Part shown: positions 8,530 to 17,209 of the stretch, in pieces
Numbering within the stretch: position 1 is the first letter of the stretch
Layout of the letters: each line of letters starts with the position of its first letter
Source of the DNA: Parcubacteria group bacterium
Lineage (GTDB): Bacteria; Patescibacteriota; Minisyncoccia; Phycocordibacterales; Phycocordibacteraceae
Direction of reading: 5' to 3'
DNA: 64,000 nucleotides
NCBI GenBank assembly: GCA_028286615.1
Contig: JAQBRG010000003.1
Coordinates: 13,125 to 77,124, forward strand
The notes under the pieces: model-generated
Told to the model about the DNA's origin: nothing
Seen by the model: only the letters and a program-made list of their open reading frames with translations
The model's database searches: none
Made by a program: the position numbers and the translations under genes

Positions 8530-9948
8530 TTAAATATCAAGGTCTAAAAGTTCGGTCAGACTGTTTATGCTTAAGTACCTTGACTCATCCAAGTCTGAGA
8601 TGTTTTGTACACGCCATGAATTAGGATTCCTAAAATGAATTCCTCTAAGACCAGCCTGAAGTGCTGGCTCTATATCTGAACGTAAACTATTTCCTACCAC
8701 TAAAAATTCACCAGAATCAAGATTAAAATCGTACCTCAATCGCCCAAGCGAGCTTACATCTTTAGATTTTACGACGCAAAGTGCATGAAAGTATTCGGCT
8801 AATCCAGAGCGAGCAATTTTCTCAAACTGAATTGACAGTGGTCCTTGTGTATAGAGAACAAGTCCATCACCACGTTTCCATAGCTTTGATAGCACTGCAA
8901 TTGCATCGGCAGTCAAGGTTTCTGGCTGACTCCTTAGAGTAGGGATGATTGATTCAAATAACTCCGTGGGTCTGGGAATCAACTTTCCAGAAAGAAGGAG
9001 ATTCGCATAAATAGTCTCTAGAGAAATCTTAAAACCAGGCGCGCCAAAACCGTGCTCAAGTATTACTTTTTCCTCCATATCGTCTATCATCTGACGAACT
9101 TCTTGCTCAGTTATTTCCTGTAGGTAAGGAAGACAGTGTTCAATAAAATCATCAACTATTTTCATGTAAGCAATGTTGTCCTCCCATAGAGTGTCGTCAC
9201 CATCAATTATCCATGTTCTTCGAAAAGTCCCATCTAACGAAGCTGTTTTACAAAAGTAGTAATCCCCTTCTTCTGGGAAGACCGCTGGAATCGTGTGCTT
9301 GCCCTCAGAAAATTTACTGTAAAGATATCCAAAATTCTGCGGCGTAATCTCGCCAAGTAATTGCTCTGCGTTAACTGAAAAACCTGCCTCCTCAAAAGCA
9401 GTCAGTTTCTTTGGGTTGTTGCTAAGGAGAGAGATTTTTTTAATATCCATGTCCTTAAGGATTTTAAAAGCGAGCGAATAGATTCTACCGTCAGTTTCAA
9501 AAGCAAGCTTTTCATAAGCGCCGTAAGTGCTCAGAGACTGTGACTGCATGGTGTACATTCCTAAGTATTTTGAAAAGATACCTGCTCCACGCCCTTCTTG
9601 AAATAAATGAATCAGTACTCCATTTTCTTGTCTCAAAATATCAATCGAACGCAGGAGCTGGCTGCGACAGTCGCAATCAAAGCTTCCTAGTATGTCGCTG
9701 TTAGCGCATGACGAATGAAGTCTTATTGGAACTACACGGGAAGTGTTTAAAAATTCAGGTTCATTGAAGATTACAACCAATGCAGTTTGTTCCTTATCAG
9801 TGTAAATACAGGAATACACGAGACCATTGCTGGTAAAATGTCTAACAAATGGAGTTTTCGTAGTCTCTTCGTCGACTTGTATCGTCGGATCGTAGAGAGC
9901 GTTGTTTATTTGCTCTGTCCCAATATTAGTTTTTCGTGCCGATGTCAT
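8530..9948 (-). CDS. Divergent GTP cyclohydrolase II (RibA-like) fused to a C-terminal HAD hydrolase
   Basis: RLHSSC...CDC zinc ligands, QEGRGAG, LLSNNPKK; HAD motifs IIDGDDTLW and VVGNSLRSDI. Confidence 0.85.
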   Translation of the reverse strand: MTSARKTNIGTEQINNALYDPTIQVDEETTKTPFVRHFTSNGLVYSCIYTDKEQTALVVIFNEPEFLNTSRVVPIRLHSSCANSDILGSFDCDCRSQLLRSIDILRQENGVLIHLFQEGRGAGIFSKYLGMYTMQSQSLSTYGAYEKLAFETDGRIYSLAFKILKDMDIKKISLLSNNPKKLTAFEEAGFSVNAEQLLGEITPQNFGYLYSKFSEGKHTIPAVFPEEGDYYFCKTASLDGTFRRTWIIDGDDTLWEDNIAYMKIVDDFIEHCLPYLQEITEQEVRQMIDDMEEKVILEHGFGAPGFKISLETIYANLLLSGKLIPRPTELFESIIPTLRSQPETLTADAIAVLSKLWKRGDGLVLYTQGPLSIQFEKIARSGLAEYFHALCVVKSKDVSSLGRLRYDFNLDSGEFLVVGNSLRSDIEPALQAGLRGIHFRNPNSWRVQNISDLDESRYLSINSLTELLDLDI

Positions 9949-9965
9949 AAGTCTGAGTATAACTT

Positions 9966-12752
9966 TTATATCTCGTCTTTTATTAAGCTAAACCGAATGT
10001 TTCCTGTAGAAATTTCCGCAGTATGCACTCCATCAATAGACTTCTCCACTCTAATTCTATCTTTTGTTGAAAATCCTTCCTGTTTACGTGCTTCTGCAAC
10101 TGCGCGCATGAGAGCTCGCTCATCGCCCTCTGCAACAAGCTCCGGAGTGAGTTCAGTATCAAGTGCAAGTTTGTCAGAGTTTTGTACAACATTCTTAACA
10201 TTCACTTCTTCTGCGAGTATGGAGATAAGTTCATTAGAAATCTCACCGGGAATAAAAAGCTGTGCAAGCGGTTGTCGAACAACGATACCTGCTTTTTGTC
10301 GTAACATAAGTACCTCACTTGCCAGAGAGCGCACTCGAGACATCTCTGTTATTAGTAGCACGTCCTTTTTTTCAGACTTATCCCAAACAGAGTCAAGGGG
10401 CCACATCGAAAGATGTACACTTTCGGGATCATCAACGGTTTTCACGTTTTGATAGATCTCCTCAGCAATAAATGGTGCTGCAGGCGCCATAAGTATAGCT
10501 AGGGTATGTAGTGTGTATCGAAGTGTTGCAAGCGCAGCTGCCTTGTCTTCGCCATCGTCTTTAAAACGATCACGCGAACGACGTGTATACCATGCGGATA
10601 AATCATCAATTAAAAGTCCGAGTGGGCGTGTGGCCGCATGGAGTTCATAACGTTCGTACGCCCCAGTCACACCCTTCATGAGTTCGTTAATGCGTGCAAG
10701 TATCCAACGATCAAGAGGGTGAACGCTATTCGCGTGAGGCAAAGTTTTATTTTTATAAAGCTCATAAAACGTAAGCACGTTTCTTAAGCGTCCAATACTC
10801 TTCTTTGCCACCTCCTCCACTCCGCTCTCAGAAAATGCCAGATCCTCTGCCTGTACTACAGTTGAGGAAAGTAAATAAAGCCGAAGTGCATCGGCGCCAT
10901 ACTTTTCAACCATATCCATAGGGTCGGGATAATTTTGAAGACGCTTTGACATCTTCTTTCCGTCTTCCGCAAGTACGATTCCGTTCACAATAACGTTCTT
11001 AAATGCCGGCTTTCCAAATAAGCCACCTGATAGTACATGTAGATAATAAAACCAAGCACGAGTCTGGTCAGTACCTTCGGCGATAAATTGTGCTGGAAAT
11101 ACTGCGTCAAATTCGTCTTTGTTTTCAAAGGGATAGTGACGAGAAGCGTACGGCATGGATCCAGAGTCAAACCAGGTGTCCAAAACATCTGGTACTCGTT
11201 GCATAATGCCCCCACAGCTACAGGGTACTTTAATCTCATCTACGATATGCTTATGTAGATCACTCACTACCATGCCGCTCGCTGTCTCAAGTTCGCCGGC
11301 ACTGCCAAAGACACGTTTTTCTTTACAGGTATTACATATCCAAATAGGAATAACGCTAGCCCAAAAGCGCTGACGAGAAATGGACCAGTCCCGGGCATTT
11401 TCAAGCCATTTGCCAAAACGACCCTCCTTTATGTGTGCAGGCGACCAATTAATTTCCTTTGCGTTGTCTAATAGATTTTCCTTTAGCTTTACCACTGAAA
11501 TAAACCAGGATGAAGTAGCATAATTAAGAAGTGGTGTATCACAGCGCCAACAGTGAGGATACGCATGCATAATATTCTCTTTTGAGAAGAATAAATTATG
11601 CTCTTGAAGATATTTAAGAATAGCGATATCAGTACCAAGTCTAGTTTTGCTATCGTCAGACTTTGGGCGCACCTCCATTCCTGCGAAATCAACAACTTCT
11701 TCTTTCATTGTGCCATCAAAATTCACATGCTGTACGAAAGGTAGGTTCTCTTGCTTAAGAAGCTCCCAATCCTCAGCACCAAAGGCAGGTGCTTCATGCG
11801 CAATAGCTGTTCCGCTGTCTTCAGTTATAAAATCTGCAGCGTATACTTTCCAACCGTTCTCTCGGTTCTTCAAGTCTTGATCTTTATAGTAGTAGTCAAA
11901 AAGTGGCTTATATTTTTTGCCAACGAGTTCGCTGCCATGAAATAATCTTGACGGTGCGCCGAGGCCCAGAGTGATAGCCTGCTGAGCTCCTACAATTATA
12001 TTTTCACCATCTTTTTCATATAGACCATATTCAATATCATTTCCGACAGCAAGCGCGACATTCCCTGGCAAAGTCCATGGTGTCGTTGTCCAAGCGAGAA
12101 AATATGTACCCGGCTCGTCGACAGATTCAAACTTTACTGTAACTGCGATATCCTTAACGTCTTTGTATCCTTCTGCAACTTCTGTCTGTGCCAGAGTTGT
12201 CTCGCAACGAGGGCAAATATGCATGGAGCGATAGTCCTCATACACCAAACCTTTGTCATATATCTCTTTAAAAACCCACCACACGCTCTCCATGAATGAT
12301 TTATCCATGGTGCGATAAGCGTTTTTCATATCCACGAAACGTCCAATACGAGGAATTATCTTCTCCCACTCTTGAGCGTATGATAATACTCGCTCGCGGC
12401 AAAGTTCGTTAAATTTTGCAACACCAAATTCTTTTATGTCTCGTTTATGCTTGAAACCCAGCTCTTTCTCAACAATATTTTCTATTGGTAGTCCGTGACA
12501 ATCCCAACCCCAAATACGTGGCACATGGTATCCGCGCATAGTGAAATAACGCGGAATAGCGTCTTTAATTACACTCGCAACAATGTGGCCATAATGCGGC
12601 AAACCAGTCGCAAAAGGCGGACCATCATAAAAAATGAAATCACCTGAAGGCGCCGGTTTCTCAAGCGTTTTCTCAAAGATACGGTTCTTATTCCAAAAGT
12701 GCAGCACTACCTCTTCCCGCTTGGCGGTGTCGGTTTTTTTTGGATTCATCAT
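9966..12752 (-). CDS. ileS: Isoleucine--tRNA ligase (IleRS type 2-like)
   Basis: DGPPFATGLPHYGH, WTTTPWTLPGN, DWSISRQRFW, KMSKR. Confidence 0.95.
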   Translation of the reverse strand: MMNPKKTDTAKREEVVLHFWNKNRIFEKTLEKPAPSGDFIFYDGPPFATGLPHYGHIVASVIKDAIPRYFTMRGYHVPRIWGWDCHGLPIENIVEKELGFKHKRDIKEFGVAKFNELCRERVLSYAQEWEKIIPRIGRFVDMKNAYRTMDKSFMESVWWVFKEIYDKGLVYEDYRSMHICPRCETTLAQTEVAEGYKDVKDIAVTVKFESVDEPGTYFLAWTTTPWTLPGNVALAVGNDIEYGLYEKDGENIIVGAQQAITLGLGAPSRLFHGSELVGKKYKPLFDYYYKDQDLKNRENGWKVYAADFITEDSGTAIAHEAPAFGAEDWELLKQENLPFVQHVNFDGTMKEEVVDFAGMEVRPKSDDSKTRLGTDIAILKYLQEHNLFFSKENIMHAYPHCWRCDTPLLNYATSSWFISVVKLKENLLDNAKEINWSPAHIKEGRFGKWLENARDWSISRQRFWASVIPIWICNTCKEKRVFGSAGELETASGMVVSDLHKHIVDEIKVPCSCGGIMQRVPDVLDTWFDSGSMPYASRHYPFENKDEFDAVFPAQFIAEGTDQTRAWFYYLHVLSGGLFGKPAFKNVIVNGIVLAEDGKKMSKRLQNYPDPMDMVEKYGADALRLYLLSSTVVQAEDLAFSESGVEEVAKKSIGRLRNVLTFYELYKNKTLPHANSVHPLDRWILARINELMKGVTGAYERYELHAATRPLGLLIDDLSAWYTRRSRDRFKDDGEDKAAALATLRYTLHTLAILMAPAAPFIAEEIYQNVKTVDDPESVHLSMWPLDSVWDKSEKKDVLLITEMSRVRSLASEVLMLRQKAGIVVRQPLAQLFIPGEISNELISILAEEVNVKNVVQNSDKLALDTELTPELVAEGDERALMRAVAEARKQEGFSTKDRIRVEKSIDGVHTAEISTGNIRFSLIKDEI

Positions 12753-13597
12753 ACGTTCAAATTATTCTCTGAGAATCCACAGCACAAATTACCTTTCTCT
12801 AGAGGTAATCCATTAAACCAAAGACGATGCATTTTCCTACCACTACCTGCCTCAAAAGCAGTTCTTGCATGTAAGACTGTTAAATTGTCTGTAATTAACA
12901 CTTGCTTTGATTTAAGATTAAAACTTACTAAATTTCTCTTGTCAGATAAGAAATTAGCCAATAAGTGAAATCCTTTTTGTATATCTTTATTCTCAGAAGC
13001 GGACGCAGCATCATCTGTCCGATATCGAATCGCTACCCGATTTTCTGAAAACTTTTTAAATACTGCTCCTGAGAAAGACTTGCCTGCACGAGTGATCGAA
13101 AGCGCATTTTCTTTATAAAGAGCCGCTAGAGCTTCTTTGTCACTAGACATTAGCAATTCGTGAAGTTTTTTTCCACTCGCAAGTTGAGTTATTCCGCCGC
13201 TCTCCGCGGGTGTCTGACACCTTAGAGCGACAATCCTTGGTGGATTTTCATCATACGAACCATCTGTGTGAAAGGTGTAAGCTCGTGATGAAATACCGGG
13301 ATATGGTGAAGTTTCATCAATTACAGCTACTTCCGCAATGCCTTGAACATCAGACCGGTCATGGCTCATTATTTCTCCAAAAATCTCTTTAAAACACAGT
13401 AGTTGTTCGTGTGGGGGCTCATTTTCCTCAAATTCAACAATAACTACTCCGTATGTATTTAATAGTTGGCAAATTTGCGAAGTAAAAGACAGGATTTCTC
13501 TAGAAGAAGGTACTGTAACAAGTAAGGCTTCAGGCGCAAGCTCTGAATCGAAGGCTTGTTTTGGCTGGTCTTCACATGTTTGGGAAAGCAAATCCAT
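12749..13597 (-). CDS. TauD/TfdA (clavaminate synthase-like) Fe(II)/2-oxoglutarate dioxygenase
   Basis: FHTDGSY (HxD), DNLTVLHARTAF (distal His and Arg), RKMHRLW. Confidence 0.88.
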   Translation of the reverse strand: MDLLSQTCEDQPKQAFDSELAPEALLVTVPSSREILSFTSQICQLLNTYGVVIVEFEENEPPHEQLLCFKEIFGEIMSHDRSDVQGIAEVAVIDETSPYPGISSRAYTFHTDGSYDENPPRIVALRCQTPAESGGITQLASGKKLHELLMSSDKEALAALYKENALSITRAGKSFSGAVFKKFSENRVAIRYRTDDAASASENKDIQKGFHLLANFLSDKRNLVSFNLKSKQVLITDNLTVLHARTAFEAGSGRKMHRLWFNGLPLEKGNLCCGFSENNLNV

Positions 13598-13632
13598 ATT
13601 GTTTAACTAAAAATCAATTTCCTTTGAATACA

Positions 13633-14394
13633 CTAAATTTTACTCCAGGAAATAATATCCCCAACCTTAATGTTAAGTTTTTTAGCTCCTAAGTCTCGTG
13701 CCTGCCCTAGTTCAAATAACCCAAATGAACTACCAGTAAAAAATGCCCAAGCACCTGTCTCTAGAGACATCATGCGCTGTTCATAAACAGCTACAAACTT
13801 ATTGTTATTAATTACAACCTGGTAAGAATCTCCAGGTGATGCATCACCTAAGTCACCAACAAATTTCATCATTCCAAAATTATCAATATGCACAATAGTA
13901 CCAACTGCTAAATCGAGCCTTACGATGCCGCTAGGATCGATTGCTTCACCAAGCTCTGAGAGTGGTGTTCCTAGCGCCGCAGCAGCCGCAACTTTTGCAG
14001 TAACATATTTCCCAGCGAATGATACGAACTCACCGGCATTATACTTTGTAAGATCATAAAGTTCTGCACATCCAAAATCTCGTGTCAACCAATCAAAACT
14101 ACCCATATTTCTACCGATAAAGACAATGTTACGGTCCTTAGTTCGACCGACAACATTCATCGGCCTAACTTTTTCAGCATTTATAGTTGTCATTAAGACG
14201 CTATTTTCTGGATATGAGTCAGCCATAAGGCGAACAGCAAAGTTGGTATTTATAACTGAGAATTCTGGAGAAATGGGCGTAATTGGGGGTACTACTACAT
14301 CTGGCATTTTCTCAACCTCACGTGCAAGGACTGCATAGAGTTCACTCGCAGCTATGTCGGTACAGTCAGTAATGTTTACGAGATATTTTTTCAC
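13633..14394 (-). CDS. Divergent SAM-dependent adenosyltransferase/halogenase (DUF62, SalL/FlA fold) protein
   Basis: N-terminal ITD, FIGRNMG (cf. FVGPDNG), SFAGKYVTAKVAA (cf. TFHGRDIFAPVAA), GTPLSELG, GTIVHIDNFG, GSSFGLFELG, GAKKLNIKVGD. Confidence 0.78.
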   Translation of the reverse strand: MKKYLVNITDCTDIAASELYAVLAREVEKMPDVVVPPITPISPEFSVINTNFAVRLMADSYPENSVLMTTINAEKVRPMNVVGRTKDRNIVFIGRNMGSFDWLTRDFGCAELYDLTKYNAGEFVSFAGKYVTAKVAAAAALGTPLSELGEAIDPSGIVRLDLAVGTIVHIDNFGMMKFVGDLGDASPGDSYQVVINNNKFVAVYEQRMMSLETGAWAFFTGSSFGLFELGQARDLGAKKLNIKVGDIISWSKI

Positions 14395-14491
14395 TTAAAT
14401 ATAATACCATTATTCGACAAACCCGCAATTCTCATTCATTACCCTAATGAAGGCAGCAACAAGCTTCTTTCAAACTGTGCGCCTGCATCAT

Positions 14492-16282
14492 CTAAGATGC
14501 ATCAGTCAAAAAACTTCCTGCTTGAATACTCCATAACTTGTGATACAAACCACTCTTGTCGTCCAAGAGTTCAGTATGAGTTCCCTCAGCAGCAATCTTT
14601 CCTCCTTCAATAACAACAATACGATCCATAGTCATGATGGTTGAGAGACGGTGAGCAATAACAATAACTGTCTTCCCTTCCATAAGAACCTTAAGCGCAT
14701 CTTGGATTAGATGTTCTGACTCGGAGTCGAGACTCGAGGTTGCTTCGTCGAGTACGAGTATTGATGCATCCTTAAGAATTGCACGGGCTATAGCCACGCG
14801 CTGGCGTTCTCCTCCTGAAAGCTTCACGCCTCGTTCCCCTACGTGAGTATCGTACCCAAGAGGAAGTGAGGTTATGAACTCGTGACAATGCGCCTTCTTT
14901 GCGGCAGCAATAATCTCTTCTTCGGTAGCATCTGCTTTTCCGTAACTAATGTTCTCCCGGAGAGTTCGGTGGAAGAGTGCGGGTTCTTGAGGCACGAACG
15001 CAATAGCTTTGCGTAGACTTTCCTGAGTAACCTTGGTTATGTCCTGCCCATCAATCTGTATTGTGCCGCTTGTAGCGTCATAGAGACGTAATAGCAACTT
15101 CGTAATGGTGGACTTCCCAGCTCCAGAAGGGCCAACGAGAGCAATCTTCTCTCCGCCCTTAATTGCAAGGTTGAAATTGGAGAGCACGGGACGTTCAGGA
15201 TCAAAGAAGAAAGAGATATCGTTAAATGCCACTACTCGTTCAGAAACCTTAAGTTCCTTAGCATTAGGTACGTCGAGAATTGCATGCGGTGTCTCAATGA
15301 TATCTATCATTTCTGAGGCATCTGCGAAGGCATCATATAGACGTCGCATATTGCTGCCGATATTCCAAAGGCGTTCTATAAGCGCGATGATGTAGACCTG
15401 TATCAATACAAAGTCCCCTATGGTTATGCGCCCTTGTTCCCAAAGATATACAGACCCAACCAATAGGCCGATCTCAACCGCAATAGCTAGAAGACCTTGG
15501 ATAGCATAATTCCAGGCATCAGCATTCCAAGCGCGCATAGTAGCTGCTCGCCACTTTCCTACAATTTCAGCAAAGAAAGCTTGCTCCCTACCCTCAGCAG
15601 CGAACTGCATAACGGCTGAATGGTTCCCAATAGCATCAGAAAGTACACCGGTCATGCGGCTGTCCTGAGCAGCTCTTTCTACTTTGTACTCATGGCGCCA
15701 ACGGGTCATGAATATCTGAAGCGTAATAAATAGAATGGTCCAGATTAGCAATCCGGTTCCCAAGATAGGGTTTCGTAAGAAGAGCACAACAATAACACCA
15801 ATAGCAAATAGTGCCGTAGGAAAGAAGTTTAAAAGAAAACTATCAAGTACCTGTTCAAAGGAACGGGCGTAACGCGTAACGCGGCGAGTAAGCGTTCCGG
15901 TAAAGTTCGAGATAAAGAAGTCATGTGCATGTCCAAGTAGATACCCGAACCCTCTATTTGAGAGATCTGCCATTACCCTACTCTCTACACCCATAACAGA
16001 AACCATCTGTATTCTGCGTCCAAGCCAGCCAATGAGCGACATAAGACCGTACCCAATCAGTATAAAGAGAAGTGCGTGCACAATTTCCCCAGACGGAGTT
16101 GATTGCGAGATAGTATTTATGAACTCGCGCATGAACAGAGGTGCAGTAATACCTGACCCCTCAAGAAGCAGTGTGCCAAAGATAATACTCCCTAAAATAT
16201 AGGGGTATTTAATTGCTGCAGCGTAATAATCCCGCAGAACGGGCCATATACGAGCTACTTTCTTTTCTTGATCCGGCGGCAT
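14492..16282 (-). CDS. ABC exporter, fused permease/ATPase
   Basis: 6-TM domain, GPSGAGKS, LSGGERQR, ILVLDEATS, IAHRLST. Confidence 0.93.
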   Translation of the reverse strand: MPPDQEKKVARIWPVLRDYYAAAIKYPYILGSIIFGTLLLEGSGITAPLFMREFINTISQSTPSGEIVHALLFILIGYGLMSLIGWLGRRIQMVSVMGVESRVMADLSNRGFGYLLGHAHDFFISNFTGTLTRRVTRYARSFEQVLDSFLLNFFPTALFAIGVIVVLFLRNPILGTGLLIWTILFITLQIFMTRWRHEYKVERAAQDSRMTGVLSDAIGNHSAVMQFAAEGREQAFFAEIVGKWRAATMRAWNADAWNYAIQGLLAIAVEIGLLVGSVYLWEQGRITIGDFVLIQVYIIALIERLWNIGSNMRRLYDAFADASEMIDIIETPHAILDVPNAKELKVSERVVAFNDISFFFDPERPVLSNFNLAIKGGEKIALVGPSGAGKSTITKLLLRLYDATSGTIQIDGQDITKVTQESLRKAIAFVPQEPALFHRTLRENISYGKADATEEEIIAAAKKAHCHEFITSLPLGYDTHVGERGVKLSGGERQRVAIARAILKDASILVLDEATSSLDSESEHLIQDALKVLMEGKTVIVIAHRLSTIMTMDRIVVIEGGKIAAEGTHTELLDDKSGLYHKLWSIQAGSFLTDAS

Positions 16283-16329
16283 AAGCGTACATTATATCAT
16301 GAGCGCTTCATATTGCCCAAAAACGTGTT

Positions 16330-16857
16330 CTAGTGAATGAAGAGGAAGAGTCCGATGAGAGGAGCAATAAACCACCAGAAGAAGTATCCCTGAGGAGCAA
16401 AGAAGGTATCAAGAGGAGCTGGGAATGTATATATATTGCTGATATCGAACACGTGGTATCCAAGGGCAAGAAGAAACGCTGCGGTTAAGAACGAGAGCAT
16501 AAAGCGGGGCACTACAGAAAGTACTCCAAACCCGCTTCCAACTAATCTTTGTACGAAAAGATACGGCGCAATAGTTGCAGCTGCATACAGGACGATACTA
16601 ATAACCGCTTTCATCATGGTTGAGCCTCCTGCGCTGATTATCTTTTCCGTAAATGGAAAGACTATATAGATTGCGTAGCCAACATAAAGGCCAACAATAA
16701 GAGAGATGATGCCGCCCCTCCCTCCCTTGTAGGAAAAGAGGATCATGACAATGGTAAGCACGAGAAGTACCAAGAAGTTCCCTATCCAAAGAGAGGCACT
16801 GGAGATGCCTGTAGTTGTAAGGTTACTTACCTGCTCAGCAACCGTATTGATGTCCAT
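16330..16857 (-). CDS. Hypothetical membrane protein
   Basis: 175 aa with about 5 TM segments; -10-like CATACT 6 nt before the ATG. Confidence 0.75.
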   Translation of the reverse strand: MDINTVAEQVSNLTTTGISSASLWIGNFLVLLVLTIVMILFSYKGGRGGIISLIVGLYVGYAIYIVFPFTEKIISAGGSTMMKAVISIVLYAAATIAPYLFVQRLVGSGFGVLSVVPRFMLSFLTAAFLLALGYHVFDISNIYTFPAPLDTFFAPQGYFFWWFIAPLIGLFLFIH

Positions 16858-16929
16858 AGATACAGTATGCCGTACTTAAAAACCTGTGCACTACCCCATA
16901 TAGGGATAGCTCATATTCTACTTATCTAA

Positions 16930-17115
16930 AATAAGAAAGGCTCTTACTATTTTGAACTTGGAGATGTAACAGGTAAAGAGTCATCAGCTATACTTTCTCA
17001 AATTCGATTTATAGACTGTAAACGTTTGCATGAGAAAATCTGTTCACTCGATACTAAAACATTTAGGAGACTCGTTTCTGATCTTATCGAGGTTAATTTC
17101 AATGAGTATCAGTAG
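16930..17115 (+). pseudogene. PemK/MazF-like toxin, C-terminal fragment
   Basis: Hand translation NKKGSYYFELGDVTGKESSAILSQIRFIDCKRLHEKICSLDTKTFRRLVSDLIEVNFNEYQ* matches the PemK SxAxLSQIRxIDxKRL pattern; in-frame TAA directly upstream and no start codon. Confidence 0.7.
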
Positions 17116-17209
17116 GTAAATGTTCTCCGCCCGCTCTTTCGAGCGGGCGGCAGGCCGAAGCCGTTGTTGAACTTTGACAGTATATCAATGCTAATTCTAG
17201 AGTCAAGAA

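Noticed and set aside
12749-13597. Fe/2OG halogenase interpretation of the TauD-like gene
   Set aside because: The HxD carboxylate is intact (HTD), whereas halogenases have HxG or HxA.
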